From assembly GCF_009914755.1 (NCBI RefSeq), contig NC_060933.1: a stretch of DNA of 64,000 bases; one strand, 5' to 3'. The stretch is from the human T2T-CHM13v2.0 reference genome, Homo sapiens. The position numbers were made by a program, and so were the translations under genes. Below the pieces are notes generated by a model. It was not told where the DNA came from. It did no database searches and worked only from the letters and a program-made list of their open reading frames with translations. This document shows positions 27,806-41,088 of the stretch, one piece after another (the first letter of the stretch is position 1; each line of letters begins with the position of its first letter).

Positions 27806-29099
27806 GGGTTGAAAACTAATAAATTGTATTGACTATTTAAGTATTGCTCAGTCCTGGAGAAAATAGTGGGATAGGATTATATTGCCTTCTCTGCAGGTGG
27901 AAGGCCCCAACTTGTGTCTTTTCTATCAATTATTTAAAATTGTACTATATTTTAGTTTGCTTTTTACTTCAACTATTATTTTCTCATACAGATGTTACTG
28001 CTTTTCATAGCATTTGAATTATCTTCTTCTTTTTTCTCCTTGCATTCTTTGCCCATAAAAATGTATTTTGTATTTTTAAATTCAATATTGCTTATGTGAC
28101 TACATCCTTTACTTTTCCTGAAACCTTGTGCCTTCCCAACTCCATTGGAAGCTCTAGAGCCAAAGTAAGGACATGGTCTCAGAAAAAAGAGGGCCAAAGC
28201 GGCTATTGAAATTGTTTTTAGGTGAGGCCAGAACTGCTCACTAATTACTCATTACAAAAAAAAATGTCTAATTCTGGCCTCGTCATCCTAACTTCTTAGA
28301 TCTGTGGTAGAGCCAAGAATCTGCACTTCAGCCAGCACTCCCAGTAAGTATGATGCAGACAGTCCACATTTCATATTCCTCCAAACACTGCTTCAGGCCT
28401 TAGGTGAAAGCTTGCCAAAGGCCCATTCATTTTGTCAGATAAATAATTATATATAGGAAGTGGGGCTAAACCACTAGTTATTAATAAGCAGAGTATCTCT
28501 TCTGTGTCTACTTCTCAGGAACTAGAAAGTGGCTTGTGGGAAATGTGAGAATTTCAGAGATGTGGATGTATGTCTTTCTGGCTCTAAATATTTTCATTTT
28601 AGAGATCTAGAAACTGCCCCTGGCTGTAAGGAGCATTCCCAGGCCCTCCCTGAAGCAGTCACTGGTGTGACCCCAGGGCGATGTGATGCAGTGAGGTCCT
28701 CCTGAACAACAGCTCATTCTTTTCCTGAGATAGAGCTGGGAATGACTCTGCCAGAAGTCCCAGGACAGGAGTGTCATCTTCAGGAGTGCCTTCTGGATAG
28801 GGAAACTGAGGATCCTGGCATTAAACAGCTGCTAAGTGTTAGAGCCGTGATCTAGATTCCAGGGTTGGGGACATGGGAGGGACCAGAAAAACAAAACTAA
28901 ACAGCATGTCTGCTAAAAAAGGGTTTATCTTAGGTAAATAGCACCTTTTCTTTAAATCCATACTATGTTTTAAATGACTGGTATCAGAGCGTTTCTTGGA
29001 AGTAGGTTTCATAAGATGGAAGGCAAATGAAAGTTTATGGGCAGAGAGATTAGAGTTTGTGGGGAGTACATTGAAGTTAAGGATTCACAACACAAACTT

Positions 29100-29395
29100 G
29101 GACTGGATGCAGTGGATCTCGGCTGTAATCCCAGCACTTTGAGAAGCCAAGGAAGGAGGATTGCTGAGCTCAGGAGTTCGAGACCAGCCTGGGCCACATG
29201 GCAAAAACATCTCTATAAAAAAGTAAAAAACTATCTGAGAGTGGTGTTGCACACCTGTAGTCTCAGCTACTGAGGATGATGAGGCAGGGGGATTACCCAA
29301 AGAGGGAGGTGGAGGCTGCTGCAGTGAGCCGTGATTACACAATGGCACTCCAGCATGGATGACAGACTGAGACTCTCTCAAAACACTAAAAAAAA
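29100..29395 (+). mobile_element. AluJ-type SINE, diverged
   Basis: Alu body with AACACAAACT on both flanks. Confidence 0.88.
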
Positions 29396-29669
29396 CACAA
29401 ACTAGGTCAATTTCTAATTTGCCATTGGACTAGCCTAGGCTGCTGTATAGAAATTTAGAAGCACTGACTGGTGAAAATACTGAGTTAGCCACATTGACAA
29501 TCGCTATGAAAGTATTTTTCTGTTTTCCTTGAAGTTTTATTGATCTCATCAAATACATATCTCACATATGCAGGGAAACGTGAGCCTTAAAAATGCTGAA
29601 ATATTTGTGAGCCTAACCTTGATGGACCTCAAAACTTATGACAGAAAGCTGACTAACTGATGAACTTGG

Positions 29670-29930
29670 AATTTTCATTTATTATTAACAAAAACATTTG
29701 TAGTGCTTACTCTACAACAATGACTATTCTAAGTGATTAGCAAATACAAGCTCATTGAATCTTTGTAATAAAAATAAAATTGGTAGGTATCATTCGTAAT
29801 TCCACTTTTTTTTTCAGTAAACTGAGGCCCAGAGAGGTTAAATACCTCATTCAACGTCACACAATAGATGGCGAAAGACCAGAAATTACAACCAGACCAT
29901 CTGAACTTTTGTCACTTGGCTGTATCACCT
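29670..29930 (-). mobile_element. MIR
   Basis: AAACTGAGGCCCAGAGAGGTTAAATACCTCATTCAACGTCACACA antisense core. Confidence 0.7.
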
Positions 29931-29949
29931 CATTATAAGCCATGTGTAG

Positions 29950-30360
29950 GGAAACGACTAAATTAACAAGAATCTGAAGTAAAGGCAGAAGAGGAAAATG
30001 AGAACGTGAGTGATGCTGGAACCTGGGGAGAATTTAAGTTCAGAAGTTTTCAGTGATGAGACCTGGGAGGGAGCATAAGACGTGGCTGGAATATTAACTT
30101 GGGATGGCATTGGCATCTAAGTCCCCTGAGACAGGACTCTGTTCTCCTTAAAGTTCAGAAAGACAGGTTGGATGAAGCACAATGGAAAACAAGGTAGAAA
30201 GGAAAAGAATAATGTGACTTCAGTGATGAGCAGTAACATTTTTCTTTTAAGTAATAGGAGAAGAGATGGTCTCTGGGGAAGGAAAGACCTCTTGCTGCCA
30301 GGTGTCTAATTTATTCCCTCGATGAATATGGGGAAAAGTGGCAGTCATTGTATTGGTTTC
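29950..30360 (-). mobile_element. Ancient L2-like LINE ORF relic
   Basis: Reverse strand reads TCAGGGGACTTAGATGCC (SGDLDA, GDFN-like endonuclease motif) in a purine-rich context; weak. Confidence 0.35.
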
Positions 30361-30477
30361 AGAAATCCTTTAAAGCCAAAGCTTCGGTTCCCCAGACCAG
30401 TGTTAATAGCTGTGTCAGGTTCTTCACTGTGTCTGCAAGTCATATGTTTTCACTGGAGTAACAGTTCCTAATAGGTA

Positions 30478-30655
30478 TGCGTAAGTCTCCTACGGCCGCC
30501 ACAACAAATTACCACAAACTTAATGGCGTGAAACAAAATACATTTATTCTCTTTCAGTTCTTGAGGTCAGAAGTCTGAAAGCACTTTCACTGGGCTGAAG
30601 TCCAGAGATGGCAGGGTTGTGCTCATTCTGGAGACTCGAGAACAGAATCAGTTTT
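30478..30655 (-). mobile_element. MLT1 (B/C-like) LTR fragment
   Basis: ACAAATTACCACAAACTTAATGGC...TTTATTCTCTTTCAGTTCTTGAGGTCAGAAGTCTGAAA. Confidence 0.75.
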
Positions 30656-31699
30656 AGATGAGATAGCACCTACAACATAAGCTGAGAATGCAATGTAAGT
30701 TGGTGGAAGTCAGTGATACTGAATATGAAGGCAGTACGAGTTTAGAGAAAGAAATCAGAGGATAAAGGTTTACTTGTTAATATTTGGGGAGGCTTTAATT
30801 TTATACAATAAACATTTATGGAGAAAAGGTGACTGGAGAACAGGAATGTGCACGGGATTTGGTAATTGGCAGTGGGGTATCTGCTGTTTCACTCATGAAT
30901 CCACATGCTTTTTCCTCAAATGACAAGTGGAAGTCTGTCCTCCACTACTGACGTTGTCAGCTAGAACTGGATTTTGGCATTTCATTGGCTCAAGTCACAC
31001 TTTTGGTGTTAGAATCTTCCTATGTTACAGTTTTACAATCTTGTGTGCTACATAGGTTATTTTTTAAATGTTAAATTCCAGCACAGGCTGGGGTTTTGCC
31101 TACAGAGTCTCTGTCATAGGTGACACCATGAGCATCCTAGGGCGTCCAATTCAATCAAGTTGTCAGAAGTGAGCAGGAAGCTGGAAGACAGCTTGTTAAG
31201 TTGCAGAGGGAAAGCTAAACCTTAAAATGGGCTATGAGAGAGGCTGCCCTGTGACACGGTATATTCGAGGCCCTATTGAATCCACTAGGTTCCCATAGCT
31301 GAGCAAACTGGAAACTGTAGGGCTTCTTAGATGAGAGACCTTCTTTGTTACTTAACCTCTACCATGTACCAGACCTCAGAGATTCTTGAGGCAACTGCTA
31401 CTTTTCAATCTAGAAGGAAATCGATAGAAACAAATTTTTCAACGCAGAATTTTATACTCTCAAAAATAAGAACTAAAGTTTCCTTACCTATTATTTATGA
31501 AAATCATGATCTATTTGTAACAAAATTTTTTTAAATTTAATATTATGTGTGAAATTCAGCATCTGTTCATATGTTTCCAAGCTATTTGTATTTTTCTCTA
31601 AAATGTATTTCTTCTTAAAGAAAAGCAACTAAAACTATGTCCTATAATTACATAAAATAATAAAGTCATTTGTTTCCTTAAAAATATTACTCTAGCTTT

Positions 31700-32610
31700 T
31701 GATAAAAAGCAATGAAACACTGATCCAAGGATAAAATTGACAAACCTTTATACCTACAATTTTTAAGGCCAAATATCTTAATGTGAAAATTTTAAAAAAG
31801 GAAAAAAAAACATATTTGCAGTGCATACCATTGTGTTTAGAATTATACTCTTTATAATTTGAAGATATATTATAAATGATTGAGGAAAGAGTAAATAAAT
31901 CCATAGGAGAAAAGGGAAAGAACAGGAATAAATAGTTTGACCAAAAAAAAAAAAAATTACATCTGAACAAATGCTTAGAAGCATCCATAATTTTATATTA
32001 AAATTAAAACAACTGCGAAATACCATTTTAACTTTCATATTCACCAGAAAAATTATTGTTGAATATGTGGAGAAATGAACATTTTCAAGCAATTTTAACA
32101 GGAATATACATTGGGATATTTGCTTGGGAGCATAATTTAGAAATATCTTTCCAGTTTTTCAACATATATACTATTTGACCTGACAATCCCATATCAAGGA
32201 CTCTCTCCTATGGATATGTCTACTGTGTAAGCAAAGATGCATGTCCATTGTTATTAGTAGTAACATTCTAGAAATATTTTAAAAGGCTCATTAATAGAAA
32301 ACTGATTAAAATAATTATAGTGCATTCATATAATGGATCACTTTGCAGCCTTTTTAAAAATGAGATACCTCTGTATGTACTGACAGGTTGACACAGACTT
32401 TCTCTAAGATATATTGTTAAGAGGAGAAAAAGAAAGTTGTTGAAGAAGGTAACACAGGGCACAATAATATTCATAGAAAATTCAAGAGAATATACAAAAG
32501 AACTTTTAAGCAGTAGTTCCCTGTGGACTGTTGTAGGATGACAGAAATAATTATTTTCACTGTCTACTTGTTTTGCTACCTTGCATGTACGTTTCCTATT
32601 TTAATTATAA
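31700..32610 (+). mobile_element. L1ME-like ancient L1 3' relic
   Basis: CTATTTGACCTGACAATCCCATATCAAGGA...GCAGCCTTTTTAAAAAATGAGATACCTCTGTATGTACTGACA. Confidence 0.55.
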
Positions 32611-32697
32611 AATTTAGCTAAGGATAAGTAAAGTATACCATGTCAGAATAGTCTGAGTTCTATAAGCTTTTAAATATCTCTTTAAGAAAAAGAGGAA

Positions 32698-32985
<288 letters not shown>

Positions 32986-33010
32986 TTATGTCAGCTTAAA
33001 TATGTCAAGA

Positions 33011-33484
<474 letters not shown>

Positions 33485-33705
33485 TCAAAAGAAAATTACA
33501 TGAAGAATGAGTAGATATGTGAGCATCCAGGATGCATGTCACTTTCAAATCTAGGCAGATAATTTGTATACTAGTCTCCCTGGCTAGTTCACGTTTTATG
33601 TAATTTATGCAATTCCTCACATTAGGCTCAAAGAGCACAATTGTACCTAAAAGATTAATAGAGATACTACTAAAATTTTTGTAATTATAAAAGAAAGATG
33701 CCTAC

Positions 33706-33970
33706 CCTGGGCAACATAGCCAGATCCTGTCTCTACAAGATATATATACATATATATACACACACACATACATATATATACACACATACACATATATATA
33801 AACACACACACATATATATACACACACACATATTTATTTAGCTTGGCATGGTAGCACACAACTGTAGTCCTAGCTACTAGGGAGGCTGAGGCAGGAGGAT
33901 CACTGAAGCCCAGAAGTTTGAGGCTGCAGTGAGGTATGATCATGCTACTGCCTCCAACCTGTCTCAGAAG
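33706..33970 (+). mobile_element. 5'-truncated AluJ with (TA)/(CA) microsatellite expanded in its linker
   Basis: CCTGGGCAACATAGCCAGATCCTGTCTCTAC, ~95 bp TA/CA repeat, then right arm. Confidence 0.85.
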
Positions 33971-36170
33971 AAAGGGGGTGGGGGAGATGCATAAAATTCT
34001 CTCCCATATTGCCGAATTATTTTTTAGTTCTGGTTTATATGATTGGGTAGTAATTTTCCCAGCTGCCATCAATTGCAATGTGTTTTCTTTTATTCACTGT
34101 AATAATACCTAGCTATTTGTTAACATTTTCATAACACAGGCTTAGCATATGGTAGGTACTTGATTTACTTGACATTTTGCTTAAGCTGTTTAAAGGTTGG
34201 TAGTTGTTTTTCTGAAGTAGCACTAATTTGTGGGAGTTGAAACATCCCTGCGGCTTCATGGTTTCTGCTTTCCTCCCCACTGAGGTTTCCACTGAATTCA
34301 TAAGAACCAGCCACTTATTGAAAGCTCATGTATATATACGCAAAATATACACTGCTAGTGGACTTCTAAAGAGATCTTGTTGAAATGAAATGCATTTTAA
34401 ATGCATCCAGATTAATATATGTAGGTTGCATACTTCTCACTTGTTTTGCTGTCTGTCAATTTGTAAATTAACGTCAGTTGGTTTCCAGTCCATAGCCTGT
34501 AGATATAGAGTCCAAATTCTTCTTTCTTTTCAATTTTCAATGACGACAATAAAACCAGTTCATTTGGATTTTATGTTCTAAGGCTCTCTTATTGAACAAA
34601 ATCTGAGTTGAATATTCCCAGCCTCTAGAACTTTCCCTCTCACTCTCTTTCTCATTCTAACAGAAAGTTATATGCCCAAGATGAACTTCATGAACAATCA
34701 TGTACATAATATTTTGAAATCTTTTTCTTGCCACAACACTGACTTTTGATATTACAGTTGTGTTTAGTCTCTCTCTGTTTCTCTCCATTTTGGAATTCAA
34801 TATCACAGTTGATAAAGGATCATATCTAATTAATATTCTTTGTGCAGAACCTAACATATATAACTTAGTATCCATTTTCAACCACTATCCTTGTAATCAT
34901 CAGCTAAAGACTAATATATTGATTTTAACTATAGTTCTAGTTGCAACCAAAATGTGGAAGGTAAAGTAATACATTGAGAGCAGAAAACACTTTATTTTAG
35001 AACACACCTAGGAAGATAAGAGATTATTTTTTCTTTTTTCTTTTCAAAGTGGTTATTACGAGTGGGTAAGATTCATGCACACTGTGTGACTGCAGCAGAA
35101 TAAATGAGAAACAAGGTGCTGGGGTATGCATTGGGCATAGCTCAAATAAATAGCATTTCTTTTTACAGATCCTTTGCTGAAATTTTCAACAACAAAGCCA
35201 AATATTAAATGTTCTTTGAATAAATATGCCCCTAATCACAAGGAGTAGCCAAGTAAACCACTATGAGGCATTGTCCTAATAGCATCAGAAAGGCTGTGTG
35301 GCCACTGTCCACTGTGGATTTGTTGTGTTATAGATTCTAGTGCTCTCCTTCTGCTGATTTTTTTATAAGTATGCAAACTGAAGACTGAAGTAAAAATAAA
35401 AATAGCATAAAATAAAAACCCAAACAAAATCTTCCAGGGGGAAAGAGTGTGAATGAATGAGCAACGACAATAAGAACTGCTTACTTAAGCAGAGGCAATT
35501 TTTGAAAATCACTTTCTGCAGTCTTAGAAAATATCCACATTTTACTTTTTTGGGGTTCATCCTTATTTAAAACTGATTCGGCTGGCTATGTTTTGAAATT
35601 CATTTTCTTTTCATATTTTCCAAGGTAATACAGTCTGTGCTCACGTGCGTGCACATACACACACACACATGCACACACACAAACATTTTATATTATGTAA
35701 CAGCCTTCAGTAGTGTCTAGGGCAACTCCCCTTTATAAAATACATTAAGATTTCTATAATAAAAATAATCAATATTTACACTAAGGGAGATAAATCGATT
35801 GCAAATAGTCTCATATCAGTTCGTTAGATTTTCCCACTAAATAAATATGGTGCTAATTGTAAAAAATAAAACATTTTTAATTTTTAGACTTTCTGTTTTT
35901 TGCATTTGTGGTTAAGGGATAATGGATTTGCACTAAACCGGCAGTATCCAGCATGCAAGAGTATGTAAAAGGCTTTTTCAATGGCATCAAAATTAATTGC
36001 CTAGTCTTTTCCTGTAACTTGGATAAAACACCATTGGTAATGAGTTAGAGTTCAAGAACACAATGAATCACAGGCATTGCCACCAAATATTTAAGCTTAC
36101 TATTCAAGCAGAATTCTCTGTTCTGGAAGCTTGAAAAACACATGAGGTTAAAATTAAAAAGCCACTTTAA

Positions 36171-36476
<306 letters not shown>

Positions 36477-39400
36477 TCACATTAGATGATTTGAACCAGG
36501 TATCATTTCTGTGAAAAAGTGAAGCCCCATGCTTCTCACTGAATTAGTAAGCTTTAACTGATATAATTTAACTTTGATCTCAAGGGTTAAGGTGTGGTGA
36601 AGACACTGGGGATTATGTTGCCATTAGGGATCTTTATCCTACTTTCTGCCCGTCTGACATTTCTGAAACTATTGCTGATTTAGAATGGTTACTATTTTAA
36701 TGAGAAATGTTGAAGTCAGTGTTTCTGCTGACCCAACTGATTAAAAGGCATCAACTACGTGATAAAAACTTATTATTAATTGGCATAAAATTGTTTTAAA
36801 AGGACATTGGTTTAATAAACTTAGAACATAATGAAAGTTATATACAGAAATAGGCTGATTGAGGATAAGAAAAAGGAGAAGACTTCACATGCCTAGAAAG
36901 TTTTGTAAATTAAATTTATATTTTTTCTTGATAGTTTGAATGTGTTGAATGTTGCCTTCTGGTAGTGAATAAAAAATTTTAGACTGCAGTGGAAAGCCCT
37001 GTTCAGAACACAGAGTACTTTTAAGACCTAGGGGAAGTGGAGAACTTCTCAGGTAAGAATGCTTGGGAAGTCCCCACCTGCCCTTGTGACAGGGATCAAT
37101 GAACCCTGTCAATGAAACCCGCCCTTTCCCCCCTAACTTTCAGCTCTTACAGAGATGTGCCTGACATGCAAAGCTATCGTCCTTAGATCTTCTTTTAGAC
37201 TTTCCTGACAAACAACCATAACTTCCTGATATTCAACCCTGTGCTTTGTTTCTGTATGAGTATCTAACTCCTGTCTTCCCCACCCTCCCCACCCACATTA
37301 GCTTGATCTGGTTATAGAGTATTTGATATCTCCAAACTTATTTCTGCTCAAACCAAAGTTTCAGTCCTTGTCAACAAAGTCTATTGTTCCCAAATGTCTG
37401 TATTAATTCCCATATCAAAGCCAAACAAACTAGGCTCCAGGTGAATTTCATTAGCATTCGCATCCTCCTCAAAGAGAGTCAGTTGGGAGAAGAGCGAAAA
37501 GAACTTTCAGTAGAAGCAGAAACCCTTTCACTTACCAGTTGTCTAATTTTGAGCAAGCCACATTACTTCTCCAGAGATGAGATTCCTCTCTGCAGAAATG
37601 GAAGATAATTAAATTAAATGACTGCCAAACCTTGCTTTGACTTTCAACGCTTATTAAACTTTGATTCTTCTGTGTTTGGCAGACTCTGCTATCCCTGCCT
37701 CTGGCCAGTCTTACTATGAAGTAACAGAACTGACTTTACTGAATTTGTTCTTTTCCTTCCCTGTTAAGCTATTATCAACCTGCTCTTTCATGCTAGCTAT
37801 TGGTCCTTCCTTCATTGGCCTCTCCCTCAGATTAAGTGAAGATTGTTTGCACACGCACTCAATACGGGTTTATAGTAGATGAAATTGTGCATATGTTTTT
37901 CCCAAGCCAGAAGCTTGAGCAATAATGCTTATTTGTTTCAGGCTTACACTTGAGAATTGGTCAAAAGAGTCATTTATCTGGTAAAACCATAACTCAATAG
38001 GCAACCACATTCATTTAATGTTTTCCAAAAACATTTCTTGCCTCTTGGCTCTTAATAGCATAATTTTGTTTCCCTGATTCTGACGAAAAGAGTAATTACT
38101 GGCACTTGGTGGGCATAATTTAATAAAAGAAAGGGTATGGGAAAAAGAAACACATAAATATATATTTTGTTCCCTGGAATTATCATAAAACTGTGTAGTA
38201 ACTGACAGTTTAGTATTTAATGTTTGCAATTTGTTTTCTTTCTTTTTCTGCTTTTCCTGTGCCTACATCATACTTGGAAGGAAAGTAGATGGCAACTAAA
38301 AACAAAACATTGGTATTTTAGCAATATTTACTAATATTAATTGCAAGTGAAATATGAAATTTAAGCAACATAGATAGATGTTACTTATGTAAATGAACCC
38401 CCAATAGCACTAGAATCTGTGATTTTGTTATAGAATTTTATTTCTCATGTTATCCCTGAAGTATTTATTGACAAAAAAGAATGCTCCCACTCAAGGAATC
38501 TAGGAAAAGAGAGATCCCATCTGATGTATCTTCTAAAGAAAGAGCCAGGTGAACATGGGGTGCAGAGAAGCCTTAAGGCAGAAGAAAGGAAAATAATTGC
38601 AGTCAACTGCATCTTAACAGAAGTAAAGGCAGATGCGATTTTTAATATTTGAATAATTAGTCTCAAATCACCTGGTTCAGCCCTTCGCAACTAGAATCTG
38701 GGACAAAGCAGAATTAGGACTTGACAACTGCTCGAACATGTTAGGATCAGGAATTTGTACTTAGGGAAAAATAACACACAGGTTTAGAATTTTGACCTTT
38801 AAAAGGTTTATTAATCTCTGCAGTACTCCATTTTTCAGTCAATGAAATGAGATAGTTGCCAACTACACCACATGAAGTTTGTAATATGACTGTGAGTAAA
38901 TCTTTTAGAAACATAGAGAAAAAAAATGAGTGCAGCAACCACAGTCATTTCCTTTTATTTTGTATTGATTTAAAAAATTAAAAGTGGTTCATGCTTATTA
39001 AAGACAATTTAGAAAAGAGAGGTGATAGATATATCCCAAGATTTACATTTATCAGAACATTTCAAGTCTAAATGGACGTCAGAATCTTTTACTCTTTTGA
39101 TGAGAGGAAATCCAGTTGTCCCTAGGACTCTATTTCTAAATAATTTCCTCCAGGAACCTCTGCTGTGGATGGGGGGTAAGTAGAAACAGGGTTTTATTCT
39201 ACAGTTCCCTGTTCTCTCTGCTTTGGAATCTGGTGATCTATTGTTTTGTCTTCCTACTCCTGAAACCACCACTACTCAGCTCCTTGCAGGCTCCTGTCTC
39301 CCTCTTCTTCCCTTCATCCACCAGCGCCTTTGGGGTCGTTTCCTCTGGAGATTCTTCCTCCTAGTATATGCGCCTAGAGAATCCAGGGTGTTGCAGGATT

Positions 39401-39712
39401 GCAGCTTGGTGGTGATGGTTGTTCTGAGTCTCCCCAGCCTCCCCATGGGACATCACTCACAATAATTTTATCTCAGGAACTCCATCATTTTTTATTCCAT
39501 CCCAGCCTCCGTTAAATTAAATGACTGGTGCAGCCTGGCCCATCCAACAGGAACTTGGGTTGTGTGATGGCCGTTGTGGGGAGGCTGTTGCCCTGGGGTG
39601 CAACTGAGACGCCTAAGTGACCCTGGATTGTAGTTTTCCCACATCCTGCTGAAATTGGAGCCAGTTTGACTGCTTCTCTTCCTTTTATTCTATGAAAAAC
39701 ACATGACCTGGC

Positions 39713-40161
39713 TGTCAGGCCTCTGAGCCCAAGCCAAGCCATCGCATCCCCTGTGACTTGCACGTATATGTCCAGATGGCCTGAAGTAACTAAAGAATCA
39801 CAAAAGAAGTGAATATGCCCTGCCCCACCTTAACTGATGACATTCCACCACAAAAGAAGTGTAAGTGGCCGGTCCTTGCCTTAACTGATGACATTACCTT
39901 GTGAAAGTCCTTTTCCTGGCTCATCCTGGCTCAAAAAGCACCCCCACTGAGCACCTTGCAACCCCCACTCCTGCCCGCCAGAGAACAACCCCCCTTTGAC
40001 TGTAATTTTCCTTTACCTACCCAAATCCTATAAAACGGCCCCACCCCTATCTCCCTTCAGACTCTCTTTTCAGACTCAGCCCACCTGCACCCAGGTGATT
40101 AAAAGCTTTATTGCTCACACAAAGCCTGTTTGGTGGTCTCTTCACATGGACGCGCATGAAA
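39713..40161 (+). promoter_or_regulatory. 5' LTR7 (promoter LTR)
   Basis: TGTCAGGCCTCTGAGCCCAAG...GCATGAAA; TATAAAA ~40029; ATTAAA 40098-40103. Confidence 0.93.
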
Positions 40162-40163
40162 TT

Positions 40164-40181
40164 TGGTGCCGTGACTCAGAT
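40164..40181 (+). other. Primer-binding site complementary to tRNA-His
   Basis: TGGTGCCGTGACTCAGAT, 17/18 match to the reverse complement of the tRNA-His 3' end. Confidence 0.93.
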
Positions 40182-40304
40182 CGGGGGACCTCCCTTGGGA
40201 GATCAATCCCCTGTCCTCCTGTTCTTTGCTCCATGAGAAAGATCCACCTATGACCTCAGGTCCTCAGACCGACCAGCCCAAGGAACATCTCACCAATTTT
40301 AAAT

Positions 40305-40313
40305 CAGGTAAGT
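40305..40313 (+). promoter_or_regulatory. HERV-H major splice donor
   Basis: CAG|GTAAGT perfect U1 consensus, ~145 nt downstream of the 5' LTR. Confidence 0.75.
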
Positions 40314-41088
40314 GGCCTCTTCTCACTCTCTTCTCCAGCCTCTCTCACTTTCCCTCAACCACTTTCTCCTTTCCACTCTTCAATCTCTCCCTTCTCTTAA
40401 TTTCAATTCCTTTCATTTTCTGGGAGAGATAAAGGAGACATGTTTTATCCGTGGACCCAAAACTGCGGCACCGGTCACGAACTGGGAAGGCAGCTTCCCT
40501 TGGTGTTTAATCATTGCAGGGACACCTCTCTGATTATTCACCCACGTTTCAAAGGTGTCAGACCATGCAGGGACGCCTGCCTTGGTCCTTCACCCTTAGC
40601 GGCAAGTCCCGCTTTTCTGGGAAAGGGGCAAGTACCCCCACCTCTTCTCTCCTTGTCTCTACCCCTTCTCTGCTTTTCTGGGGGAGGGGCAAGTACCACT
40701 CAACCTCTTCTCCTTCACTCTTAGCGGCAAGTCCCGCTTTTCTAGAGGAGGGGCAAGTACCCCAACCTCATATCTCTGCACCCCAATCCCTTATTTCTGT
40801 GCCCCAACCTCTTGTATCTCTGCACTCCAATCCCTTATTTCCGCACCCTGACCTCTTATCTCTGCGCCCCAATCTCTTATTTCCATGCCCCGACCCCTTA
40901 TTTCCATGCTCCTACCCCTTCTTTCTGTGCCCCAACCCCTTATTTCTGTGCCCCATCCCTTATTTCCATGCCCTGACCTCTTATCTCTGTGCCCCAACCC
41001 CTTTTCCCACTTTTCTGGAAGGTAAGAACCCCTGAACCCCTTCCCTCCATTTCTCTACTCTCTTTTCTCTAGGCTTGCTTCCTTCACT

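Noticed and set aside
40590-41010. ~20-bp CTTATTTCTGTGCCCCAACC-type tandem repeats, duplicated CTTAGCGGCAAGTCCCGC, and the 173-aa Pro-rich ORF
   Set aside because: Standard HERV-H leader (pre-gag) repeats; the ORF results from C/T-rich low complexity
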